From the NCBI RefSeq assembly GCF_041146345.1, contig NW_027191404.1, positions 992,001 to 1,056,000 on the forward strand: a DNA stretch of 64,000 nucleotides, in the 5' to 3' direction. Position numbers and translations under genes: made by a program. How positions within the stretch are numbered: position 1 is the stretch's first letter; each line of letters starts with the position of its first letter. Below, in pieces: positions 1-10,665 of the stretch. The DNA is from Neodothiora populina (lineage: Eukaryota). A model generated the notes under the pieces. The model had not been told where the DNA came from and searched no databases. It was given only the letters and a program-made list of their open reading frames with translations.

Positions 1-680
1 AAGCGCGCAATGGACAACTTGAGTTGCACCTTGAGTCTATTCTATACCGGTTCATGTTAGCCCGTATTCTGGGCAAAGAAGCTTCGATATTCACAAGATA
101 CTGTAAGGCGGAGACTCACGATCAAAGTCGATGCGGGCGCCATGATGAATGGAGGAAAGTCAAGCACTCGGGATTATTGTTCCCTCTCGAAGATCGCAGA
201 CAAGAGAGGTGCGAACAAGGGCATCAGATGTATAGACAGGTAGAAGGGGTGGAGTAATCCAAAGAGTAAATCACACGGAGCTATGCAGCGTACACTATTG
301 GCTTCGACAGTGACGAGTCAGCAAGTCCGAATCACCAGCAGTAGTGGTGGTTGATAGCGTGTATGCCCTGTGCACTGTACAGTAGAGACAGCAGCAGTAA
401 GGTAGTAGTAACGGTGCCTGAACCCACCCCGATAAATACATACAGTAAATTAGCCTCCACTCTTATCAGCCAATTCAAAGACCCTTGTTAACCTCCGCAG
501 CTCCCCTCATGACCGTCGGTACCTTAGGCGACTCGGAGAAGCACAGAACAGAAAAGGGCAAAGCAAGCAACACAAGCAAGCATGAAAGCCGGTGACGTTT
601 GCTTTGGCGGGGGTTTCCTGTTTGGTGGGGCGGGGGGCTGTGCACTTTTGCTTTACCTTTTACTCTTTTGCCTACCTAAT

Positions 681-710
681 TACCTTACTGTACCTTACTG
701 TACCTTACTG
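681..710 (+). repeat. Tandem 10-mer (TACCTTACTG)x3
   Basis: Three exact copies read directly, followed by a degenerate fourth. Confidence 0.9.
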
Positions 711-1778
711 TACTTACTGGAAGTGGCCGCAATGATGGTACCCGACTGTAATGCGGGAGGTCGTGATTTTGGGGATATCCAGTACGCTTCCATCAGAAAA
801 CATTATTCTGCCATGGTAAGAAGTCAGAGATTATCAAGATCCTCGAGACATACAGTACGTCAATCATTGTGGCTCAATAATGGTACCTAAGGTAAGCAAA
901 AGCACACACTACTTGCGAGATCATACGTTAGGTACCTAGCTAGGTAGCTTTGCTATTATATCAGGACTCGATATAGTGCCCCTTTTCAGATACTGTGCAT
1001 TAGTCGAACAACCATCTGCGTCGCGCTGAGATCGATCAAGCTTGTTATATGCTGTTCTCGATGGCTTCACGATTTACATTGCTTTCCTTCGGTTGGATGA
1101 GGTCATGATAGTCGAGGAAAGGCGAATCGGCAGCGCATACATCCGCAGTTCCCGGTGTTGGGCGCGCTTTTGTAGACATTATATTTTATTCTTTCGATCT
1201 GCTCTCCTGGAGTTAAGTAGAAGAGAGAGAGAAAGAGACAGTTGGGTTGTGTGTATCAAGAAATGCAAACGCCAGGAAACACCAATGCTTTGCTTTCGTT
1301 TCCTATTCCTGCTTTGGTCGTGCCCATGCATTACTCCTGATTGCTGATTCTCTTCGGACTCGACCATCCCGACTCTTGAATGGCATTTGAACAAAGCTGT
1401 AAAGAGACGGACATGCTTCACCGGCGACTCGTAAGCCCCCTCCTGTCCCACAATACGCCAAACACCAATGGACACCATGTCTGCAATAAACCTCAAATAA
1501 AAGCAAGAACGCTGCAGACGGAAAATTCTCGCTGTACACCCAGAGCGAACCTTGGCATCTTGTTTCTCATTAAATCGTACTTTTGAAGAGCAATGCGGAA
1601 ATGCACTCATCGAACCGCGAGTTGCGACGTCTTCCCAGGGGCTGGCGAAGACTTGGGCAACGGTGGTGCCTGCTCCCGACTCTGCGCCTTGGCTATCTCT
1701 CTTATGCTTTTCTGACTGTGGATTGATGTCGGTCAGTGTCTAGGCCTTGATATGTCGAGCAGTTCATTTCGATTCGAC

Positions 1779-2606
1779 TCACCTCTTCCGTTTCGCCAGC
1801 CATCCTCTTACCCCTCCGGATCTCCTGGGTAATGAATTGAAAGAATCGCTGCTTTCCGGTGAGCGAAACTCGGGCGTCTTCCCTCCAGGACCGATGGTCG
1901 GCGTTGTGGTTGTGGCACTCGTGTGTCTCGTGGCCGCTCCGCTGCTGCTGTCCGATGTATCACTCGCTGTCCTGTACCCCGATCGCTCTCGCAGCTCCCG
2001 AAGGGTTTCGTCTCCGGGACCCTTTGATCCATGCCCACCAGGCATCTCGAAAACAGTACCGTCATTGTTACCTCTGGCCCTGCTCTTTTCGGAAGGTCGG
2101 ACACGGTAGCTGTCGATGATGTGGCCATTGCCGTTGTATGCGCTGTTGTCGACAGGATGGCCTCCTCTGATCAACTCGTTCGTCGGCGGTGCCCATCGCT
2201 CTTCGTCTCCACAGACAACGACGAACCAGCCGACTTTCTCGTCGGGTGCCAGACGATCTCTGATTTCCATCAATGCACCCCATTGGTCATTGCTTACGCC
2301 TCGCCCGCGTACATCGTCAAGATCGACGCCCAGTTTCACCTCCTCGACGACGTCGGCGACGTAGGCATATGGTTGACTGAGACTGGCCGCGCTGAGGTCA
2401 TTGGGATCGTATTGCTCGATGAGGCGGAGTCCAGGCAGATATGGCATTGACTCAGGGAAGAGTTCACGAAAGTTGGAGAGGAGAGCCTGCGTGGTAGTGG
2501 GCGAGCATATCCACTCGGCCGCGGCATCGTCGAGGTTCTGCAAGATGATGTGAATACGGATGAGAGGTCTGGGCCAACGGAAGCCGTGAAGTACGTAGGT
2601 CGGCAT
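1779..2606 (-). CDS. FlbE-like fungal developmental regulator (275 aa, apparently intronless)
   Basis: N-terminus MPTYVLHGFRWPR...IHIILQNLDDAAAEW and LIEQYDPND...SQPYAYVAD match the conserved blocks of the Aspergillus FlbE family; low-complexity S/T tail. Could be a paralogue rather than the flbE orthologue. Confidence 0.75.
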   Translation of the reverse strand: MPTYVLHGFRWPRPLIRIHIILQNLDDAAAEWICSPTTTQALLSNFRELFPESMPYLPGLRLIEQYDPNDLSAASLSQPYAYVADVVEEVKLGVDLDDVRGRGVSNDQWGALMEIRDRLAPDEKVGWFVVVCGDEERWAPPTNELIRGGHPVDNSAYNGNGHIIDSYRVRPSEKSRARGNNDGTVFEMPGGHGSKGPGDETLRELRERSGYRTASDTSDSSSGAATRHTSATTTTPTIGPGGKTPEFRSPESSDSFNSLPRRSGGVRGWLAKRKR

Positions 2607-4366
2607 AGCGTGAGGTCAGGCACTGGGTAATAAGACTATATCGCTGCTCAGGGAGGAGAGAAAAAGATAAGTTTCTGGGTTCTCGAGATTCAAATGCGCA
2701 GGACTTCTGATCGGCGCAAGACCCAAGTGGACAATCGTATAATAGCGTTTCCGCTCTTTCGGCCGCGTATGCGAGGTCACTCCAGAGGTGGAGCTAGCTG
2801 TGGGGCGCGTGATAGTTCCTGTACCAGTCTGGCGGGTCGCAGTAAACATGCGAGGTAGGTAGACTCAATTTTCCTGCAGTGGGCGAGGAAAAGGGTAAGA
2901 GAGAAAGAAATGTTCAATCATCCATTGACTCGATTGACGAGCATTCAGTCCCGTGCAGATTCCAATCGCGACGCAATGCAATAGAGAGCGCAGTGCAATG
3001 CAGGATCCAAAGCTGCTGTATTAGTGGCTGGAGAAGGGGGGGGGGAGGTATTACACAGAACTATGGTATCTGTGACTGATTGCAGCAAACAATGGGCCCG
3101 TTCGTATTTTCTCTGCCGACTCCAGGGCGCTGTGAGCATATAGTTGTACAAGAGTCGAGGACAACTTTAGTTTACCCCAACGATCTTCGTCTCCTGTACC
3201 GTAACTCCTGCAGGAGCGAGCAAGCAAGCAACAGTGAAAGCAGAAACTAAGGTACAGCACAGTTAGATATCCTTCAGTATACTACTACTCTAGGGTAGCA
3301 CGTACTGTAAACCGTAGCTGGGGCCTCCGCCTGTCTCAGGCACGCGGCGATCTAGTGGAGGCAGTGGGAAGGGTAAACGCGACTTGCATATACAAGTACA
3401 CAGATGCAGTATGGCTGGGGATCATCTGGGTTTTTTTCTCGCTTGCGTATACGCTATGGGCTGGGCTAAGTGCTAAGTGCAGGCTTCGGTACGGGAGTGA
3501 CTGTAGCGTGATTGGAGACAGGGGGTGGGTGGAGTGCGGAAGCAACAAAGCGTGAACTTTGTATCTGGCTTTATCTTTAGTTTCTTGAGAGCAGAGTAGG
3601 TAGGTAAGGTAGCTTTACCCGGGGGCAGCTACCAGTGCATTCCTTTTCTACTTGGAGGATAAAAAAATACTGTATAACGAGTAGGCATATAGAACTTCAT
3701 GCGGCATCCAAGGTATGTTGCACAACATGACGGCGGACGCAAACATCGGAGCATTATTAGGTAGACAAGGGTAAGCCCTTGGACAGTAGGGCATGGCATG
3801 ATACCCGTGACTCTGTCTCACACTACCTTATCTTAGGCACGCATAACCGTACTGTACTTGTACATGCATGTCATTCAAGCCACGTTCCCACAGTAATTCT
3901 TGCCTACCCTACCCGTAACCCAAGGGTGCTGCTGTACCTCCTGAGGTGTGGTAACAATGATAGAAAGGCTGGCCGTCACGGCGTGTACAAGTGTTGTGCG
4001 ATGCCATGCGACTCGGAGATTTATATTCTCCGATTCTCCGCGTACATCTGGCTAATCTGATCTATCTATTGAGCTATTGCACCTACACCCCATCTCAACC
4101 TCTGTAGTACCTTTATACAGAGTCTTGCAATAGGAATCTTGTCAAAGTTGTTAGGATATTCCAAGTGTAGGCCTTCCCGCGATTCGCCTTTCAGACCACT
4201 CCTGAGATGTGCTTTTCTCGCAACGTTCACATAGATCCTTGATGAATAATTGAGTCAGGCAAATAGCAGTAAGTGACAGATGAGACGCCTTGGAACTGTC
4301 ACCCAGGACTCATCTTGCTTCACCCTTTTCATCATCTAAAACCGAGTGAACCACTTTTCGTAAACA

Positions 4367-5557
4367 ATGGTGCTCCACCTACTAGGCAAAAAGTCATGGA
4401 ATGTGTACAACAACGACAATGTCGAGCGAGTAAAGCGCGACGAGGCAGTGGCCGCCGCAAAGGAGGAAGAACATGAGCGTCTGATGCAAGAGCAAGACGC
4501 ACAGCGTCGCACAGCCCTCCTTCGAGGCGAGAAACCTCCTGAGTTCGAGCCCATTCCTGAGCCTCTGGACAGTTCTGCGCCGCCGAGACAGCGAAACGAC
4601 GATGGCTTCTCAAAGGAAGAGCGGAAGCTGAGGAGGAGGTTGCGGGACGAAGATGAGACGTCCTACGCCATTCGCGTCGCCAAATTAGACAGGGAACGAG
4701 CAGAGGACTTGTCGAGGAGTGGTCTTCTTCGGCAGAGACCCTCATCACACGACGATAGCAACCGAGACAGACTCGAGGAACTGTTCAATTTCGGTCGCGC
4801 GGTAGAAGACGCCATCCTCCCAGCGCCAACAGCAGTATCCGAGACACACACACGCAAGAAGAAGACAAAAGACGACCACGACCACGACCACGACCCCAGC
4901 AACGCGCAAAAGCAACAACAAGACCCGCACGCATTCGGGCCCTCCAACCTCGCCGCCATCCAGAAGAAACCCGCAATCTGGGACCTCAGATCCCCAGACC
5001 ACCAGGGCCTCTCCCGCGACGCCTTCGGTCGCCCAGACCCGAAGCGCACAATCCGCGACCAGAAACGGCTAGGTCAGAGTGATCCTCTGGCGTTCATGAA
5101 GCAAGCCCAGGAGCAGCTCAAGCAGGCGAAAGCGCAACGAGCCAAGAGAGAGACGGAGATTGAGTGTGAGAGGAGAGCGAGCGAGATGGCGCGTGAGTTT
5201 GCTAGGAGAGCGGAGGATAAGAGTGAGAAGAGCGAGAGGCATGATAGGCGACGGCGGGAGAGGAGCAGTGAGCCAGACGAGAGTCATCGTCATCGTCATC
5301 GTCATCATCATCATCATCGCACACGCTCCTCTTCGCCCTCGTCTTCTCATCGACGGCGACATCACAGACACGACGAAAAAGAGAAGGAAGAGCGACATAG
5401 AGACAGCAGTCCCCGTCAGCAGCATCATAAAAGACACGAAGATCGAAGCAGAAGTCCTTCTAGGCGAGAACGCAGCAGTCGCGATGATCGGGGCATCGAC
5501 AGTTCTCGTCGTCGTTATCGCCGTCGCTCGGCGAGTCCTCCTCCGAGGCCATTATGA
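4367..5557 (+). CDS. Cir_N-domain, LENG1-like putative splicing-associated protein (396 aa)
   Basis: N-terminus HLLGKKSWNVYNNDNVERVKRDEA is the CBF1-interacting corepressor N-terminal motif; internal DPLAFMKQA block; RS/RH-rich C-terminus. Confidence 0.75.
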   Translation: MVLHLLGKKSWNVYNNDNVERVKRDEAVAAAKEEEHERLMQEQDAQRRTALLRGEKPPEFEPIPEPLDSSAPPRQRNDDGFSKEERKLRRRLRDEDETSYAIRVAKLDRERAEDLSRSGLLRQRPSSHDDSNRDRLEELFNFGRAVEDAILPAPTAVSETHTRKKKTKDDHDHDHDPSNAQKQQQDPHAFGPSNLAAIQKKPAIWDLRSPDHQGLSRDAFGRPDPKRTIRDQKRLGQSDPLAFMKQAQEQLKQAKAQRAKRETEIECERRASEMAREFARRAEDKSEKSERHDRRRRERSSEPDESHRHRHRHHHHHRTRSSSPSSSHRRRHHRHDEKEKEERHRDSSPRQQHHKRHEDRSRSPSRRERSSRDDRGIDSSRRRYRRRSASPPPRPL

Positions 5558-5858
5558 TATACTATATGGGCAAGGAATACTCGTCTTTTACTGTTGACCA
5601 AGTAATGAAGACACGATAATCATGATACGACGTCCGCACCCCACAAACAGGGTTTGAGCAAGACGCAAAGACCCTGGACATGGGAAGGTAGTCAATTGTG
5701 ATAACGATGACGATGATAATGATGAATGACGACCTCCGTATATGGCAAGAGAGAACTCAAAGAGAACCAAAGAGAAGCCAAGTAGACAGAACCAACCCGC
5801 GTACGAGTTCCCCGCTCCAAACAAAAAAAAACGCCCCTTGATTCCATGTGTCCACTTC

Positions 5859-7580
5859 TTAAACCACCTCGAGTGCCTTCTTCTTAGTGACCTCGTCCTC
5901 GACGACACCGACTTCTTGAACCTCAGCCTCTCCATGAATAGGACCACGCGAAGAAGACGAAGACGAAGAAGACGCACTGCTGCCTCTTCTTCTGCGCCTC
6001 CTTCCACCCCTCTCGTCCGCACTTCCCTCTCCCTCCTCATCAATCTCATCATCCTCGTCATGCTGTGCCACCCTCTCAAAGCCACTCCTATCCACACCTT
6101 CGGTGCCCTCCTCCCCGCCAGACTTCTCCTTGATAAAGGAATCGACGATGTAATACTGCGCGGCATTCATGCACACAGGGAACACAAACATGACAAAAGC
6201 TATCTGCAGCGCCTCGTTTCCTTCTGTCCAGCGCAGCGCCCAGTCGCCTACCCATCCCAGCCACGGCAGCGCGGAAAAGAGGAACAAAACAAAGAGCTTC
6301 ATGCCCAGAAGGCCGAGGAAGTAGATTAGGGACTGTTTCATCCACCAGGCTATCCGGGGCGGGTTGCCGTAGTGGCCGGATTTTATCGAGGCCGGGGGGT
6401 TGGCCAGGGAGGTGCGTAGGAAGAGGGCGGTCAGGACTTTGAGAAGGATTACGAGGACGGGGATGCCGATTGTGGTCTGGTTTCGTGTCAGTCGGTACTT
6501 ATCGCTATGGGTAAAATAGAGAGAAAGGGGAATACTCACGTCAATGGCCAGGTTCAGCAAGTAAAAAGAGCAGGGATTTGGTTGACGGCCAGTGGCATCC
6601 TTGACATGCTCGGCCAGCTCCTTACCCTGGTCCTGCACCTCGAAGCTTCCGCTTGAGAACATGGACATGGCCAGGTTCGCAATGTGAAGCAGGAAAGTGC
6701 CAACGATTTGTTTGGACACGTCGAAAAACCAGACTTTGAGCGGTCGTCGGGGTCGCTCTCGCCAGCGCTTGAAGACCAGGGAAAGCATTGCCAACAGGCC
6801 GAGCGCGCCTTGCACGATCAGAGCAAAAGGTCCGAGCAGGCGGCACTCGTTCTCCTCGAGCGCGAAGACGCTGTCCTTTGGTCCACCTGCTGCCCCCGAA
6901 GCTTCTTGATCATCTTGGGAAGGTGACGACGACGGGTCTTCTGTCTCGTCATCAGTCACATGGCTGCTGTCGTCGCTACCCTCGACTGCCACGGGTGGTA
7001 TAAACTCGGCAGGTGGTGTATCAGCCGCTGGGAAGCCAACCTCTTCGGTCACGGACTCCTCTTTCTCCGCGTCGCCAGGTGTAGGCACTTTGACCATCTC
7101 GTGACCCTCGGCATCTTCTTTGTTAACACCAACCACGCCGACCAGCTCCGTCTCGAAGACCAAGGAACTTCCAGGTGGGATGGGGCCCGCGCCTGACTTT
7201 CCATATCCCAACTCGGGAGGAATGATTAATTTTCTCGCTTCTCCGACACACATGTCCAATAAACCCTCATCCCATCCTGCAATGACTTCTCCATTGCCGA
7301 CGCCGAAGGAAAAGGGCTTGCCTCGGTCGTAGGACGAGTCGAATTGCTTGCCGTTGCTTTGCAAAGTGCCACGGTAATGGACTATGATTTCGTCACCGGG
7401 CGCGGTGGGTCGGTTGCATGTTAGTTCTCTCGTGTGTTCGATCCGTAATCCATCGGATGTGTCTTCTATGCGTGGCGACGAGAGTCTTTCTGTGTCTTCT
7501 GCTGCTGCGAGGGTGGGGACCGAGGCGAAGAGGGACGCGGAGATAAGAAACGCAGACGGGTGGGACAGAGGTATCCTCAT
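5859..7580 (-). CDS. Secretory FKBP-type peptidyl-prolyl isomerase fused to a STIMATE/TMEM110/YPL162C-like multi-pass membrane domain; one in-frame intron 6477-6539
   Basis: Signal peptide; FKBP motifs [49 protein letters not shown]; acidic linker; then [12 protein letters not shown]...[21 protein letters not shown]...[17 protein letters not shown]. The 63-nt intron reads GTGAGT...CTGAC...CAG. Confidence 0.85.
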   Translation of the reverse strand: MRIPLSHPSAFLISASLFASVPTLAAAEDTERLSSPRIEDTSDGLRIEHTRELTCNRPTAPGDEIIVHYRGTLQSNGKQFDSSYDRGKPFSFGVGNGEVIAGWDEGLLDMCVGEARKLIIPPELGYGKSGAGPIPPGSSLVFETELVGVVGVNKEDAEGHEMVKVPTPGDAEKEESVTEEVGFPAADTPPAEFIPPVAVEGSDDSSHVTDDETEDPSSSPSQDDQEASGAAGGPKDSVFALEENECRLLGPFALIVQGALGLLAMLSLVFKRWRERPRRPLKVWFFDVSKQIVGTFLLHIANLAMSMFSSGSFEVQDQGKELAEHVKDATGRQPNPCSFYLLNLAIDVSIPLSLYFTHSDKYRLTRNQTTIGIPVLVILLKVLTALFLRTSLANPPASIKSGHYGNPPRIAWWMKQSLIYFLGLLGMKLFVLFLFSALPWLGWVGDWALRWTEGNEALQIAFVMFVFPVCMNAAQYYIVDSFIKEKSGGEEGTEGVDRSGFERVAQHDEDDEIDEEGEGSADERGGRRRRRRGSSASSSSSSSSRGPIHGEAEVQEVGVVEDEVTKKKALEVV

Positions 7581-8822
7581 GGTTTCTTGTCGAGTCTAGT
7601 GTTCGGTCTGCTCAGAAGCAAAGCAGAGATCAAGATAGACAGGGGAGAGAGAGGGCTGGTCGAAGGAGTCTCTTGAATATCTACGAAGATCCTGCGGCTC
7701 TGCTGGCGATACGAGGACTAGAAGGAAGGAAGGCAGCAAGGAAGGAAGGTGCGGGTCGTGCGCCTCGGTGTGGAGAGGGGCGGAGGCGATAACCTACTTT
7801 TACTGTGAGATTCCTGATGTAATCACTTAGAATCACTCCGATCTGCCTCGATCCATCTGCACCTTTATCGCGAGTTGTATAACAATAATAACAACATCTA
7901 CAGCGAGTTCACTTGGAGAAAGCCAGGATAAGTCATGGGTTCCTAATCAGCTTTGCTTGGGCATTGAAGTACTGCACAGCAGCTGATCATGTCTCGGCTT
8001 CAGTCTTGTCTAGATAGAGTCCCTAGCAGATATAGTAGCATAGCATAGCCTGGCCAAGCACAACACTATTTCCCGTATGCATGCACCTTCATCCTTGATC
8101 GCTACAGTGCCTTTTGTCTTCAATTTCATTTGTTTGTCTCAAACAAAAATGGATTTTATGCCTGGCCGAGACCGATATGAGAGTCATACAAGTATCTGTT
8201 GCTAGTAAATGTGAAACCCGCTACGCCTGGAACGGGTCTCTCTCCTTCCCCACAACATATAGCTACAGTACAGTACGGTGTGGTGCCTTTTGCTCAACTG
8301 ACGAGATATGATTGTGGTTTTTTTCGCGTGCCGTGAGTTCTGAATCATTTACAATCATCGTCTGAGCATGGAATTTGCAGTAGTTGCCTATTCCATGCCA
8401 GCGTTGAGCCGATAACTCCAGTAGATCTAGATATTTTCTTGCTCGAGATATTCATGGCTATGTTGAGCATTGGTTGACGTATTTGTTGGATCGAATTGCA
8501 AGCTTCGGTTAATCGATCAACGATCTTGTGCGTGAAGTGGCTAATCAAAGTCGTGTCATCCGCTCGAGCCCTGCAGTCAGGCACGCTAAGCTTACAGTAC
8601 AGTAGTAGCTCACTACAAGTCCCCACCCCCACAAACGGTGTCAATGTACAGAAAACTTGTACAACATCTCAAATAGATCTTGATTTCCAAGAAAATACCA
8701 CCCTCGGTTCCCAGTAGACTTTTGACTGGAAAAGTTCTCTCCATCTCGAGTAGGTCTCATAAGTGACTATACCGACGTGCTATGTATCTGATTGTGTTCA
8801 GCAATCATCGTGAGCCTTCCAC

Positions 8823-10335
8823 ATGGCCGACTGGAGACCCTCTGTGACCTTTTCTGATCGCTTCACATGGGTCTTTGAGCTGCAAGTGCTTTTCCTATTG
8901 ATGATCATAATAGCAGAGGACTAATACGCTGAAATCCAGTCAGCAGGCTGTTCGCTCCAGTCAGCCCCAAAAGGCAGACGACGAGCTGAAAGCATGGCCG
9001 CAGTCTACTGAAAATCAAGCTTACTCGTCTTGTACGTCCAAGGTAGGTGGTATTTTTCATATATCTTTACAAGTATCTGTCTGATCGAGTGTTCCTACTC
9101 CAGGAGGAGTATGAAGCAAAGTTGAAAGCAGAGATTGAGAAACAAAAGACTTTGGCCGCTGTAGTCATCGAGTCCAAGGACGATGAAGACGACGCATCTT
9201 GGGAGGACTTCGAGCCCTCACATGCGTCGACAGAAAAAGTCTCTTTCGGCGCTTACAAGGACGCGATCCCCTTCAGAGACGGCTCGTCCTCGACAGTGTA
9301 CAAGGCCAGCTCACCGACCGACCCTCGACAACGCCTCGCTCTAAAAGTGACGACGCCAAACAGCCAACCGGCACCGCATGACTCCCTGAGAGAAATCCGC
9401 ATGCTGCAACTCCTGGGAGACCACCCTAACATAATCCCCCTGCTCGACTCACCGAACATCCATAACCACCTCATCCTCGTCTTCCCTTTCGTCCCCTGTC
9501 CCCTCGACCAAATCCTGCTCCGCCAACACACTTCCCCACAGCTAATCTTCTCTCCCGCCCGCAAGAAGGCCATAATCCATGACCTCATGACCGGGCTGGC
9601 ATATATGCACGCCCAAGGGATAATCCACAGAGACATCAAGCCGTCGAACATCCTGCTCTCGACGCCACATTCCGGCCCGGCTCAAATCATCGACTTCGGC
9701 ACCGCTTATGCGCCCCCAGGGAGTCTGGGCAGTGACACAGCAGCTACAGAGCACCCAGACGCGAAAGTCCTGGACGTAGGCACGACGAGCTACCGCGCGC
9801 CCGAGCTGCTGTTCGGGAACCAGCGCTACGACGCCAAGCTAGACATGTGGGCGGCGGGCTGCGTCGTCGCTGAGATCTTGGCTCCAGCGGAGAAATGGCG
9901 TCGTCGTCCGGGCAAAAACAACAACGGCAGTACTAGTAATAGCCATAGCGACGGAATCGGCAGTAGAGACGGCACGACACTCTTCGACAGCGGCGATCTG
10001 GGCTCTGAGCTGGCGCTTATCAAGTCTGTCTTTGAGACGCTGGGCACGCCGGACGGGCAGAGTTGGCCTGTAAGTTCTCTTTTCCCTCCTTTTCATCTCC
10101 TCTTGTCTTGTCGCCGTTTCCAAAAAGTGTAGGCGCTGACAGAAGAAAAAAGGAATCGGCCTCCCTCCCCGATTGGGGCAAAATGACCTTCGTGAGCTAT
10201 CCTGCGAAAGCGTGGTCGGAGATTCTGCCGTCGGCGTCGGACGTCGAGGTTTCTTTTGTGCAGCGTTTGTTGCGCTATGAGACCGCGTGGCGCATGAGTG
10301 CGGCGCAGGCGCTGGAGCATGAGTATCTTGCTTAG
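8823..10335 (+). CDS. Monomeric CDK-activating kinase (Csk1/Cak1-like Ser/Thr kinase); exons approx. 8823-8881, 8940-9042, 9104-10069, 10153-10335
   Basis: Kinase motifs ALK, HRDIKPSN, IIDFG, VGTTSYRAPELLFG, DMWAAGC; no canonical GxGxxG loop (RDGSSSTVYK); CDK-like tail FETLGTP..WP|ESASLPDWGK. The predicted exons join in frame from MADWRPS. Confidence 0.8.
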
Positions 10336-10665
10336 ACTCTGGATGAGACTTTTTGTTCCGGGATGGGATGAAATGGGTTGAATTTAATAGGCATTATGTG
10401 TATTTGGTATATGTGTTATATGTACGAGAAAAACAAGAACAGACGAACACAAAAACAGATTGGTTGTCGGTGGATAAGCACAGTACACACATGCATATAT
10501 AGTAAAGCAAAGCACAAAAAAACGGGGACAAAAGAGGGAAAAGAAATCCCCCTCTCTTACTCCCTTTCCTTTTCCTCCTCGGACAACTGACGAGCGAGAG
10601 AAAGAAACGGAAGAAAGTTTTAAGATGAGAAGGGAGAAACACATGGAACAGAGAGGAAAATCACA

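Noticed and set aside
24..257. 77-aa ORF at the window start
   Set aside because: Non-ATG start and no recognisable motif; context is truncated by the window edge.
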